Shown here: positions 38,687 through 47,908 of the stretch, piece by piece
How positions within the stretch are numbered: position 1 is the first letter of the stretch
Layout: every line of letters begins with the position of its first letter
Source of the DNA: Spirochaetia bacterium
GTDB lineage: Bacteria > Spirochaetota > Spirochaetia > UBA9216
DNA length: 64,000 nucleotides
Direction of reading: 5' to 3'
Assembly: GCA_963675665.1 (NCBI GenBank)
Contig: OY776510.1
Location: 4,160,001-4,224,000 of the forward strand
Notes under the pieces: generated by a model
The model's database searches: none
What the model was told of the DNA's origin: nothing
What the model saw: only the letters and a program-made list of their open reading frames with translations
Position numbers and translations under genes: made by a program

Positions 38687-40345
38687 CTAATAGCATTGTT
38701 CCAGAACCCCGATGATGTCATTCAGACGAAGCTCTACAGGGTTATATACAATTGATGCGTCACCCAGAGATATTTCAGCTATGCGGTTAAAATCTGATTT
38801 TTTAACAAGAGGCTCACCATCCCGTCCGGTAATTTCACTCAGTTTTACCGGATGTATGCCGCCTGTTAATTCTTTCAGCTTACTGTTCAATCCTCTTATA
38901 CATTCAATAGTCCCTCTTGCCCTGTCTTCAGCGGGAGTGTTCTCAATTACACCTGTTTCTGCCACAGCAGGAAACAGTTCCGCAAGCAAAGAACTGATTT
39001 CAGAATAATTATATTCAAGAGCAACTGGAAGCAGAACAGACATACAACTGCCGTGCGGCGCGTGACAAACAGCTCCTACCGAATGGCCGATAGTATGAAC
39101 CATTCCGACCATGGAATTGGAAAAAGCCTGCCCGGCCAGATTTGAGGCAAGCGCCAGATTCAGCCTGAGTTCCGGATTTTGGGGATCCGATATTACTGCT
39201 GCAAGATTATCTTTTATCAGTTCAACGGCCTTCCACGCCATCTGATCGCTTATCGGGTTTTTTCCCATACAGGTGTATGCTTCAACAGCATGAGACAGAG
39301 CATCCACCCCTGTGATCGAAGTCAGATGCGGAGGAAGAGACCGGGTAAGCCTTGAATCGAGTATGCCGTAATCAGGCATAAGCCATGGTGAGACATAAAG
39401 TATTTTACGGTTTCGTTCGGCATCACTTATTACGGCAACCTTTGTAACCTCCGAACCGGTTCCGGAAGTTGTGGGCACGGCAATAAACGGGGTATCAAGA
39501 CGCGGAATTATGTTTGATCCCGCCATCCCGACAAGATCATCACGATCAAGTGAAACATTCAGGAATACACCTTTCCCGGTATCAAGCACCGAACCGCCGC
39601 CCATGGCGATAATTCCGTCACAGCCTTTTTCCTTATACAGACGACTTATTTCATTGACTGTTATACTGCCTGAATCCGGCGGAATATCGTCAAAAACCTC
39701 ATATTTTGCCTCACCCAAAACTTCTTCCAGAATGCTGAAAAGTCCGACGGCTTTAATTCCCCTGTCGATCAGGACCATCGGGTATTTCATCCCCCTGGAA
39801 CCGCCTTTTCCGGCAAGCAGTCCGGATAACCGTTCAAGCGAGTTGTTTCCGGATATCACCTTTGTCCGGCAGCTGTAGGTAAAAGCCGAAGGAACAGCAA
39901 GATTCCCCGGATGGTCTGATACCATGCCTCCTGAGACGGAGAATGCAAATTTCTTCATAAAATCCCGTACGGCGGATTTGTCACGAATAAAACGACTGTC
40001 AATTACAGTAAAGTCCGACTGCGGTTCCCGGAAATCATGAAGATCATTATTATCAAGCATCAACCAGGCTTTCGGTCTCGGGTCGTCAACCCATCGATCC
40101 ATTATAGTTTTTCCGCCGGCAAGAAGCAGAAAATCATCATCCCCGGCCGGTTCCCCGGCAACAACTATCCCCTTACTTTGCCGTGCAAGTAATGCAGCGG
40201 CCTTCAGCGCTTTTCGGCGGTATGCATCAATGGTAACAACAACAGGTTTCCGGACATCAAGAAGTTTCAGCTCATAACCGAACTGACTGATTACCGAGGC
40301 TCCGAACATAAGCGTTCCGGCAGGTTTTGGATCAAACAAAGTCAT
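38687..40345 (-). CDS. Iron-containing alcohol dehydrogenase with a ~150-aa N-terminal extension
   Basis: ATG 40345 in an ATGA overlap with the AOR stop. GGGSVLDTGK, PTTSGTGSEVT, and metal ligands in DALSH, MVHTIGH and APHG. Confidence 0.92.
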   Translation of the reverse strand: MTLFDPKPAGTLMFGASVISQFGYELKLLDVRKPVVVTIDAYRRKALKAAALLARQSKGIVVAGEPAGDDDFLLLAGGKTIMDRWVDDPRPKAWLMLDNNDLHDFREPQSDFTVIDSRFIRDKSAVRDFMKKFAFSVSGGMVSDHPGNLAVPSAFTYSCRTKVISGNNSLERLSGLLAGKGGSRGMKYPMVLIDRGIKAVGLFSILEEVLGEAKYEVFDDIPPDSGSITVNEISRLYKEKGCDGIIAMGGGSVLDTGKGVFLNVSLDRDDLVGMAGSNIIPRLDTPFIAVPTTSGTGSEVTKVAVISDAERNRKILYVSPWLMPDYGILDSRLTRSLPPHLTSITGVDALSHAVEAYTCMGKNPISDQMAWKAVELIKDNLAAVISDPQNPELRLNLALASNLAGQAFSNSMVGMVHTIGHSVGAVCHAPHGSCMSVLLPVALEYNYSEISSLLAELFPAVAETGVIENTPAEDRARGTIECIRGLNSKLKELTGGIHPVKLSEITGRDGEPLVKKSDFNRIAEISLGDASIVYNPVELRLNDIIGVLEQCY

Positions 40346-42684
40346 TTTACATTCTCCCATTTTTTTACGGCTCTTTTTGCTATAAAGCGCGGGAGCAGCA
40401 GAATTTCAACCTTATCCATCAACCTGATAAATGTGCACACATGGGGAAGCTCTCCCTCGGCAATCAACCTGTTGTTTGCTTCAGCCGTGCAGGTACTTTC
40501 CTGAAAAGTGAACATCAGCCATGCAGCATCAATACTTTTCAGCATTACCGATAAATCAGCGCCTTTAGTGATGCTGCCGGGCTTAAATTTAACAAGACGG
40601 TCCCCCTTGCGCAGAAAAGAGACTGATGGCCCGTCAGGCCAGACTCCGAGCCTGCAGGTAAAATCATTCGGAAAAGCTCTTACTTCATCTCTTACGCTCT
40701 CTTTCCGGCATGCAATGTTCGGTATAAACCAGCCCAATACAAGCATGATTATTGAACAGTAGATTTTTTTAATACCGGAAAACGATGGCCTGATTGCACC
40801 TGATTTTTTCCGGTTACCTTTAAGATCCGCTTCAATAGTTTTTTCAGCCGGGCCGCCGTCTGCACCGTATCCGCGTTTTTTATAATATTGCCTGACCATT
40901 TTCTCAACAGGGACGACGGTATTTTTACCCGGATAGGGGGTATCCTTTTCAAGCGTAAACCTGCCCGGAAGGGTGTCGTCATCGGGCTGTAATCCGAGCT
41001 GAACATTCATATATCTTTCAAACCTGTTTATCCTTCGGCCTGCCCTGCGAAAATCATGCTTATTCATTTTTATTCCGGTTACCGACATAAAATAATTACT
41101 CAGAATGCTCCAGTCCATAAGATTCTGGGCTATCTGGGGCATGGTAATCGTCGCAATTTTCAAAAGAGCCTTCGGAAGGTATTTGGGAATGGGAGGCTCC
41201 ATGATTATTCCATATATTGAAAACTGGCATACCTGCAGGGAATTTACCCCTGCATAAATATCCTCCATAAAGACAACCCAGTCGGCCTTTCCCATTGTTG
41301 TATGCGGAGGCATATAATCCACCTGAGCTTCAAGGGCAATCATATATGACCCGAGATGACAGCCTCCTTTATTATATACAGCATAACCCAGGCCATGCCC
41401 CCAACCCGCGCGCGGATCATAGGCAGCGCATTCAAGCCCCTTCACATGCATGGCAAAATCACTGCCGCCGTATTTTCTGCTGAGCCGCATCGACCCTTCG
41501 GCCAGTTCATCACCCTCGCCTGTCCGGTATGCAATTGCATCAATTATTTTCCCGATATTATCCGTACGCCCGAAACTCAATTCCGATTTACGCAAATCTT
41601 TCTCGGCGGCTTCCATTGCCCAGGCAACAGTACCCCCTGTCGAGATTGTATCAAGGCCGAGTTCATTCATCTGCTCGTTCCATATCCCAATCAGGTCCGG
41701 GTCATAGTTCTCAATATTGCTTCCGAACATTCCGTTTGTCTCATATTCAGGTATCTGTCTAATCTTCCCGTCCGGGTAGGTGCCTTTATGGCCGCAGAGG
41801 ACCGGGCAATGCCGGCAAGTGGAATGCCTGGTCGAATACCGCTTTGCCATTGCTTCTCCCGAAGTCTTTTCAGTTTCAGGGTTCCACCGGTCACGGAAAT
41901 TACGGACCGGCGAATACCCTTTTGCAATTGCTCCCCGGATATTCACATTTGTTCCGAAGTCACGGAAACCTTTTGTCGAAGAATTACGCAGAATATATTT
42001 TCGGGCTTTTTTATCTGTTTTTTCAAAAAGGTCCGGCATTACAGGAAGCACTTTTGCAGATTTGCCCTTTGCAACCACAGCCTTCAGATTTTTTGACCCC
42101 ATCACGGCGCCGACGCCTCCGCGGCCGGCAAAACGGTGGCCGGAACAAATACCGGCGTATCGTACCAGGTTTTCACCCGCCGGACCTATGACGGCAGCCC
42201 CTTCCCGGGGTGTAAGCTTTAACGAATCCTGGACCTGGTGAGTTCCCTGCCCCCAGAGATTAACTGCATCCTCAAACCAGGCTCCATCCTCGTCAATTCT
42301 GACGACAGTCGGCGCCTGGGCTTTCCCTGAAATTATTATTCCGTCCCAGCCTGAAGTCTTGCAGGCTTCGCCGAAATAACCTCCGCATGAAGAAGCAGCC
42401 ATAAGGTTAGTCAAAGGCGACCTTGTAACAACCTCAAATCTGGCTGTACACGGAGCTCCCGTACCGAGCATTACTCCCATTGAAAAGATTAAAAGATTGT
42501 CAGGATCAAATGCTTCTACTTCACCAAGCCTCTTGCCCAGTATGTCGTTATATATTTTCAGCCCGAGGCCTTTTCCGCCGAGGAACATGGCAAGATCTTC
42601 CTGTGACGGTGAAAAAACCGACCACTGCCGGGTTTCAAGGTTTATTTTTAGATATTTATTTGAGACTCCCCTAATTATCTTCAT
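40342..42684 (-). CDS. Aldehyde:ferredoxin oxidoreductase family (tungstopterin) enzyme with an extra C-terminal domain
   Basis: LGGKGLG, RSPLT, IGPAGENLV, GRGGVGAVMGSKNLKAV, CRHCPVLC, PEYET, GLDTIS, YY..RG, then ~160 extra aa. Confidence 0.93.
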   Translation of the reverse strand: MKIIRGVSNKYLKINLETRQWSVFSPSQEDLAMFLGGKGLGLKIYNDILGKRLGEVEAFDPDNLLIFSMGVMLGTGAPCTARFEVVTRSPLTNLMAASSCGGYFGEACKTSGWDGIIISGKAQAPTVVRIDEDGAWFEDAVNLWGQGTHQVQDSLKLTPREGAAVIGPAGENLVRYAGICSGHRFAGRGGVGAVMGSKNLKAVVAKGKSAKVLPVMPDLFEKTDKKARKYILRNSSTKGFRDFGTNVNIRGAIAKGYSPVRNFRDRWNPETEKTSGEAMAKRYSTRHSTCRHCPVLCGHKGTYPDGKIRQIPEYETNGMFGSNIENYDPDLIGIWNEQMNELGLDTISTGGTVAWAMEAAEKDLRKSELSFGRTDNIGKIIDAIAYRTGEGDELAEGSMRLSRKYGGSDFAMHVKGLECAAYDPRAGWGHGLGYAVYNKGGCHLGSYMIALEAQVDYMPPHTTMGKADWVVFMEDIYAGVNSLQVCQFSIYGIIMEPPIPKYLPKALLKIATITMPQIAQNLMDWSILSNYFMSVTGIKMNKHDFRRAGRRINRFERYMNVQLGLQPDDDTLPGRFTLEKDTPYPGKNTVVPVEKMVRQYYKKRGYGADGGPAEKTIEADLKGNRKKSGAIRPSFSGIKKIYCSIIMLVLGWFIPNIACRKESVRDEVRAFPNDFTCRLGVWPDGPSVSFLRKGDRLVKFKPGSITKGADLSVMLKSIDAAWLMFTFQESTCTAEANNRLIAEGELPHVCTFIRLMDKVEILLLPRFIAKRAVKKWENVK

Positions 42685-43096
42685 CTGAAGCCTCCAGCAC
42701 TATCGCATTAAACTGGCAGTTATCGACACACCATCCGCATGATACGCATTTATCAGGGAATGATAAAACAGCATAATTCTTCACAAGGGGCAAATCCTCA
42801 GCCTTCATTGTCAAAGCGCCTGACGGACATACTGCTACACAATTTTCACATGCATAGCAATTATCCCTGTTGATAACCGGTTTCAGCCAGAGACTTTTTT
42901 TCAGCCTTTTAATTGTGTTTCCGTAATTGTTTTTAACGGACCCTTTCGGGCAAACACGCCCGCATGCCCCGCATTCCAGGCAAAGCCCCGGATCGATATG
43001 ATGCAGATGCTTGGCTGTTCCGCTGATTGCCCCTGCAGGACATACCTTGACGCAGGAGGAACATCCTATGCAACTTTCAGAAATTATAAACGCCAT
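42671..43096 (-). CDS. Polyferredoxin with four [4Fe-4S] motifs
   Basis: CIGCSSCVKVCP, CLECGACGRVCP, CYACENCVAVCP, CVSCGWCVDNCQ. Confidence 0.93.
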   Translation of the reverse strand: MAFIISESCIGCSSCVKVCPAGAISGTAKHLHHIDPGLCLECGACGRVCPKGSVKNNYGNTIKRLKKSLWLKPVINRDNCYACENCVAVCPSGALTMKAEDLPLVKNYAVLSFPDKCVSCGWCVDNCQFNAIVLEASDEDN

Positions 43097-43249
43097 TTTA
43101 TCTCCAGTCACCTGATAATAGACAGGTGTTGATTATTAAACACCACTCTATTAAAATATAACATAGATATCTGTATAATCAATAATCAATTTTTGATCGT
43201 TTATTCATTAAACAACAGATATCAGATAATTGTCTATTAACGGGAATTT

Positions 43250-43843
43250 ATGCAAAAAAAAGATCGCAGAGTCAGGCGAACCCAAAGGAAACTCAAGGAA
43301 GTCCTTATTAGTCTGCTTCAGACTAATAAATTATCGCAGATAACGGTAAAAGAGATTTGTGATAAAGCGGATATCAACCGCAGTACATTTTATCTTCATT
43401 ATAACAATGTTTATGCTTTGTGGCTAAGCATCGAGGATGAAATTATTTCAAATATGAACAGGATTCTCGAAACCTTTGACGCACGCTCAATTCTTACTGA
43501 ACCTCTTCCGCTTCTTCTGGATATTACAAAGTACATTGAAAGCGAGAACATTCTGACAAAAAAATTGTTCCAATGCCGCGAATCCGTTATCCTGCTCGAG
43601 AAGGTTAAAATTTGCTTCATAGATTACTTCATCAATAATACAACAACACTCATTAAACCTGAAGACAGGGTCAGAATGGAGATGTACAGCATTTTTGTTA
43701 TTTCCGGTGCTGTCTCGCTTTATTACAGCTGGTTTCTCGGTGAGATTAAAATATCGCTCAACGAACTGGCGTATGCGATAGAAAAGCTGATAACTGGCGG
43801 TGTTAAAGAATATATCAGCGGTTTTAATACCGGGATTTTATAA
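43250..43843 (+). CDS. TetR/AcrR-family transcriptional regulator
   Basis: DRRVRRTQ...ITVKEICDKADINRSTFYLHY; divergent from the AOR operon. Confidence 0.93.
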   Translation: MQKKDRRVRRTQRKLKEVLISLLQTNKLSQITVKEICDKADINRSTFYLHYNNVYALWLSIEDEIISNMNRILETFDARSILTEPLPLLLDITKYIESENILTKKLFQCRESVILLEKVKICFIDYFINNTTTLIKPEDRVRMEMYSIFVISGAVSLYYSWFLGEIKISLNELAYAIEKLITGGVKEYISGFNTGIL

Positions 43844-43853
43844 TCAAAAATCA

Positions 43854-43889
43854 GGAAATCTCCAAAAACTGCAGTTTTTAGATATTTCC
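43854..43889. mobile_element. 36-bp palindromic mini-element, copy 1 (ATCA direct repeats)
   Basis: atca-GGAAATCTCCAAAAACTGCAGTTTTTAGATATTTCC-atca. Confidence 0.65.
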
Positions 43890-44300
43890 ATCATTGATGC
43901 TGCGATTCTTCTTGATATCTGCTCTTCTTTTTTTATCATACAGCCTGCGCTCCTGTGAGGCTCTTGAGGGAAGTGTCCTTTTTCTCTTTTTACTCCGGTG
44001 CAGACTTCTGCAGATAAGTTCAGCAAGTATTTTCATTGCGGCGGCCTTGTTTCGGTACTGTGAGCGCTCCTGTTGAATCATAATATAAAGTTCATCATTT
44101 GAATTAATCCTGTTACCAAGCTTTGAACGAAGCTGCAGTTTTTCACTGTTGTCAAGCGAGGAAAGGCTTTCTATCGGAACCGATAGAAAAACTTTTGTAT
44201 TGACCTTATTCACATTTTGCCCGCCCGGACCGCCTGAACGTGAAAATTTAAAAGTTGAGTATGTTTTAATATCCGATATAATATCTTCAAAACCCGCCAT
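43878..44300 (-). CDS. arfB: Alternative ribosome-rescue peptidyl-tRNA hydrolase ArfB
   Basis: FSRSGGPGGQNVNKVNTKV, ERSQYRNK, and a basic tail KKRKRT.PS...RRL..KK.R..IK..R. Confidence 0.93.
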   Translation of the reverse strand: MAGFEDIISDIKTYSTFKFSRSGGPGGQNVNKVNTKVFLSVPIESLSSLDNSEKLQLRSKLGNRINSNDELYIMIQQERSQYRNKAAAMKILAELICRSLHRSKKRKRTLPSRASQERRLYDKKRRADIKKNRSINDGNI

Positions 44301-44454
44301 CAAATCAGTATATAATATTTAAACACTTGACATCAGCAGTTTTTACGCATAAAAACAACAGATGTCAATAATACCTGTCTTTTTTTATATAAAACCGGAG
44401 ATAAAGGTTTCATTTATACCTTATAATATACATACAGGAGCAAAGGCGTAATAC

Positions 44455-45714
44455 ATGGAAAACAGCTGGTCCAAACTCGACAACGCAGGAAAGATTTATC
44501 CTGCTAACGTCAATTCACGAAACACCACTCTTTTCAGAATTTACGCTGAACTAAAGCAGGATGTTGACCCTGCTGTTCTGCAGAAATCCCTGGATGAAAT
44601 AATTATTCGTTTTCCTTATTTTCAGGTAAAGCTTAAAAAGGGGTTTTTCTGGTATTATTTCATTCGTACCGACGAAAGAGTCATTATAAAGGAAGATTTA
44701 TATTATCCATGCACAGAATGGAATTTCAAAAAATCCGGTTTCATGTTTCTGGTAAAATACGGCAAAAGAAAAATTGCCGTCGAGTTTTCTCACAGCATAA
44801 CCGACGGAAACGGAGCATTGGAGTTTTTTAAATCCCTGCTGCTTCGCTATCACCAATTGCAGGGCATCAAAGTTACCGACACAGGCGGAATAAAAATCCC
44901 GGGAGAAGATATTAAGCCGGATGAAACTTCCGACGGGTTTAAAGAATTTTATGATGTACATATACCGGCAAGAGAACACAGAAACATAAACGCATTTAAA
45001 CTTAATGATAAACTTTCGGATATGGGTGTCTATCATGTAACAACCGGGACACTTGATTTCAACAGTATTAAATCCGTTGCCCGTGAAAAAAATATTAACC
45101 TTACAGGCCTGCTCTGTCTTTTTTATTTTCAGGTTTTTCAGCAGTTAATCTTCGAACGCAAGGCCAGGCCCGCCCCTCTTGTCATTAATCTGCCGATTAA
45201 CCTCCGAAATATTTTCGGCAGCGGAACAATGTTTAACTTTTTTGTTTCTATTACCCCAACCATAGACCCCCGGATAGGTTTCTTTTCCGAAGAAGATATC
45301 ATAAAGCATGTTAATAATTATTTGAGCCTTGAAATTGATCGCCGGTATGTCGGGAAAATGATTAAGCGGAATATCAACCTGGAGCAACGACTTTATGTCC
45401 GGATTATACCGCTTTTTCTGAAAGAACTTCTGTTGCCGTTTATCTACAGGGTTTGGGGAGAGCGCGGATACACCAGCGGATTATCCAATCTCGGTAAAAT
45501 TGAATTCCCCTCCGAAATAGAAGACAATATTGAGTGCATCAATATTATTCCGCCGCCCAGCCCCGGCAATCTGATAAAGATGATTTGCTTCAGCTTCAAG
45601 GGCCAATTTTATATTACGTTCGGCTCGCTAACGGAAAAAAAGACTGTTGAAAAAAAGTTTTTTCGGCTGCTGCGAAAAAACGGAATTTCTGTTAAAATTA
45701 AAACTGTAAGTTAA
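44455..45714 (+). CDS. CoA-dependent acyltransferase (alcohol acetyltransferase/condensation-domain-like)
   Basis: W.KLDNAGKIYP, RFPYF.V.LKKGFFWYY, catalytic HSITDG, PINLR..F.S.TMFNF, SNLG. Confidence 0.82.
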   Translation: MENSWSKLDNAGKIYPANVNSRNTTLFRIYAELKQDVDPAVLQKSLDEIIIRFPYFQVKLKKGFFWYYFIRTDERVIIKEDLYYPCTEWNFKKSGFMFLVKYGKRKIAVEFSHSITDGNGALEFFKSLLLRYHQLQGIKVTDTGGIKIPGEDIKPDETSDGFKEFYDVHIPAREHRNINAFKLNDKLSDMGVYHVTTGTLDFNSIKSVAREKNINLTGLLCLFYFQVFQQLIFERKARPAPLVINLPINLRNIFGSGTMFNFFVSITPTIDPRIGFFSEEDIIKHVNNYLSLEIDRRYVGKMIKRNINLEQRLYVRIIPLFLKELLLPFIYRVWGERGYTSGLSNLGKIEFPSEIEDNIECINIIPPPSPGNLIKMICFSFKGQFYITFGSLTEKKTVEKKFFRLLRKNGISVKIKTVS

Positions 45715-45718
45715 GGGG

Positions 45719-46453
45719 TTGCTGATGCCATATTGTCCCAAATGCGGAATTGAAGTCGATTACGGCATTTTGAAATGCCCTCTTTGTTCGTTCGATATCC
45801 CGGAAGTTCCGCCGAAACAGGAAATTCTCAGTAACGAAGTTGAACTTAAAAATTATTACAGCGAATTAAAAATGCTAAAAAGCAAACGCCGCAAATTTAA
45901 TAAAAAAATAGTCTTTATCCTGATTCTGCTGATTACTGCCGGAGCGGTTTTCAATAACGCCATGCAGGATTTATTTGTAAACGGTGAATTAACGTTTTCA
46001 TTTTATATATTAAGCTCCTTTGCTTTATTCATCGTTTGCATGATAAGCCTTTTCGGTCTTATCAAGGGATGGAAAAACAACCTGATTATTCTTTTTATCA
46101 GTACAGCGTTATTTATATTGACAATCGACTTGTGGTCGGGCGGAATTGACTGGTACTGGAATATCGGCCTGCCTATAGTAATACTCAGTTACGGACTACT
46201 GTTTCTAAGTGTATTGCTTCTGCGAAAGCTGAAACCGGGCAAACTTTACGGATTGAGCATTATTCTGTTTATATCGTCCATTTTTCTTATTTTACTTGAA
46301 GTAATTCTTGATTCATATTTCGGAGCAATAAATCTTAGATGGTCTATACAGGCCTTAATACCCAACGGCTCTTTTGCACTTCTCTGTATTGCGGGAAGAC
46401 AACTTGTGAATCACGATTTTTTCAAAAAACTGAAACGTTATCTTCATTTTTAA
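45719..46453 (+). CDS. Zinc-ribbon membrane protein (DUF6320-like)
   Basis: YCPKCG...CPLC, about 6 TM helices, ends KLKRYLHF. ATG at 45725 is an alternative start. Confidence 0.75.
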   Translation: MLMPYCPKCGIEVDYGILKCPLCSFDIPEVPPKQEILSNEVELKNYYSELKMLKSKRRKFNKKIVFILILLITAGAVFNNAMQDLFVNGELTFSFYILSSFALFIVCMISLFGLIKGWKNNLIILFISTALFILTIDLWSGGIDWYWNIGLPIVILSYGLLFLSVLLLRKLKPGKLYGLSIILFISSIFLILLEVILDSYFGAINLRWSIQALIPNGSFALLCIAGRQLVNHDFFKKLKRYLHF

Positions 46454-46719
46454 AACGGATAGAGTACCCTGTCTTCAGAACAACGATGAAGAGCCTGTTC
46501 ATAAGTCATGAAAACTATGTTACGAAATTCTTTTTCATAAACCCCGTAGATTTCCAAATCACTTACATAATAAATTTCATTGTATATTTTATTCATTACC
46601 GGTCTTATCCTTACCAGACGGCATAACGCACCTTCGCGGTATGAGTATAGAAGCAGTGAAATGAGAACCGGACTGAGAAAAAGTAGGAATTCACCGAAGC
46701 TATAATCGTTCTTTCTCAT
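46450..46719 (-). CDS. Small hypothetical membrane protein
   Basis: ~89-aa ORF with one TM helix, convergent with the upstream gene. Confidence 0.45.
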   Translation of the reverse strand: MRKNDYSFGEFLLFLSPVLISLLLYSYREGALCRLVRIRPVMNKIYNEIYYVSDLEIYGVYEKEFRNIVFMTYEQALHRCSEDRVLYPF

Positions 46720-46752
46720 TGGCAATATTATATCATAATTTTAATAATCTAA

Positions 46753-46788
46753 GGTAAATCTCTAAAAACTGCAGTTTTTAGAGATTCC
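46753..46788. mobile_element. 36-bp palindromic mini-element, copy 2 (CTAA direct repeats)
   Basis: ctaa-GGTAAATCTCTAAAAACTGCAGTTTTTAGAGATTCC-ctaa. Confidence 0.7.
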
Positions 46789-46817
46789 CTAATATTAAAA
46801 ACTTCGGAATCAGGAAT

Positions 46818-47834
46818 TCACCCGCTCTTTCTTATGCCTGTAGATTGCCGCTCAATAAAAGTTGAACCTATTAAAAGACTTGCCGGCTTTTCGTCCGGAT
46901 TATTCAGTCGCCGGTCAAGCAAGACTACCGCCTCCGCTCCCATGGTGACTACAGGATTATGGATTGTGGATAATCCCGGAACTGCATCACGAGCGGGGCC
47001 GAGATCATCAAATCCTACAAGGCTTACATGCTCCGGAATATTAAGGCCTGTTTCTTCACAATACTCAATTACTCCCAATGCACAGCGATCCGAGCCTGTC
47101 ATAATTGCAGTCGGCCCCTTGCCGGATCTTAACAGATTTTCAGCCCCTTCAAAGCCGCTTCTCCTGGAAAAATTCCCTTCTGTAACGACAGTACTTATTC
47201 CGTGTTCTTCAGCCAGACAGTTAAACACTTCAAGGCGCTTCATTCCGTCCCAGTAGTTTCCATCCCCGGTGATATAACCTATGGAATTATGGCCAAGCGC
47301 CTTAAGATGAATCAGGGCTTCAAGCGTTCCGTCATATGGATCACAGTTTATACAGTCTGAATCCTTGTAATAATTATTTATCATTACGAAGGGAATATTC
47401 TGACGAACCAGCGACGGAAACCGCTCATCATCAAGTGGGGCGACAGCAAAAATTAATCCGTCAACCTCTCTGCTGTAAATTAATTCGCCAAGTTCCTTGA
47501 ATTTATCGTTTTTCCTGTCCAGAACAATGGTGATTGAATACCCCAATTCTTCCGCCTTTTGAAGAACTCCGTCAAGAAGCCTGTGAAAATAGCTTCGCGA
47601 AAAAGGCGGAAATGATTTATAGGTTTTTACAACAAGACCAATTCGCATTGTTCTGTTGCTGGCAAGAAGCACTGCCTGTCGATTCGGAATATAACCGAGT
47701 CTGGCGGCAACTTCTTTAACCCGCAGCTTGACCGTATCGGTAATCAGGGTTGAATCATTCAGGGCTCTTGAAACAGTAGATTCGGCAACTCCCGCTTCTT
47801 TAGCCACTTCCGCACGGCTTACCTTTTTCCTCAT
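46818..47834 (-). CDS. LacI-family transcriptional regulator
   Basis: AEVAKEAGVAESTVSRALN, LGYIPN, IPEHVSLVGFDD, IERQST. Confidence 0.95.
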   Translation of the reverse strand: MRKKVSRAEVAKEAGVAESTVSRALNDSTLITDTVKLRVKEVAARLGYIPNRQAVLLASNRTMRIGLVVKTYKSFPPFSRSYFHRLLDGVLQKAEELGYSITIVLDRKNDKFKELGELIYSREVDGLIFAVAPLDDERFPSLVRQNIPFVMINNYYKDSDCINCDPYDGTLEALIHLKALGHNSIGYITGDGNYWDGMKRLEVFNCLAEEHGISTVVTEGNFSRRSGFEGAENLLRSGKGPTAIMTGSDRCALGVIEYCEETGLNIPEHVSLVGFDDLGPARDAVPGLSTIHNPVVTMGAEAVVLLDRRLNNPDEKPASLLIGSTFIERQSTGIRKSG

Positions 47835-47908
47835 AATAAACTCATTATCAGAAAAATCCAGGAAATTTTCAATCTTTTATAAAAGACAATACATGCTCGG
47901 ATCAGCCG

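Noticed and set aside
41356-42241. Long antisense ORFs over AOR (also those over ACAD, cheA and the ATP-grasp gene)
   Set aside because: They are shadow frames of well-supported genes, with no motifs or RBS.
44334-44346. GCAGTTTTTA upstream of arfB as a fourth mini-element copy
   Set aside because: Only half of the core is present, with no inverted partner or flanking duplication.
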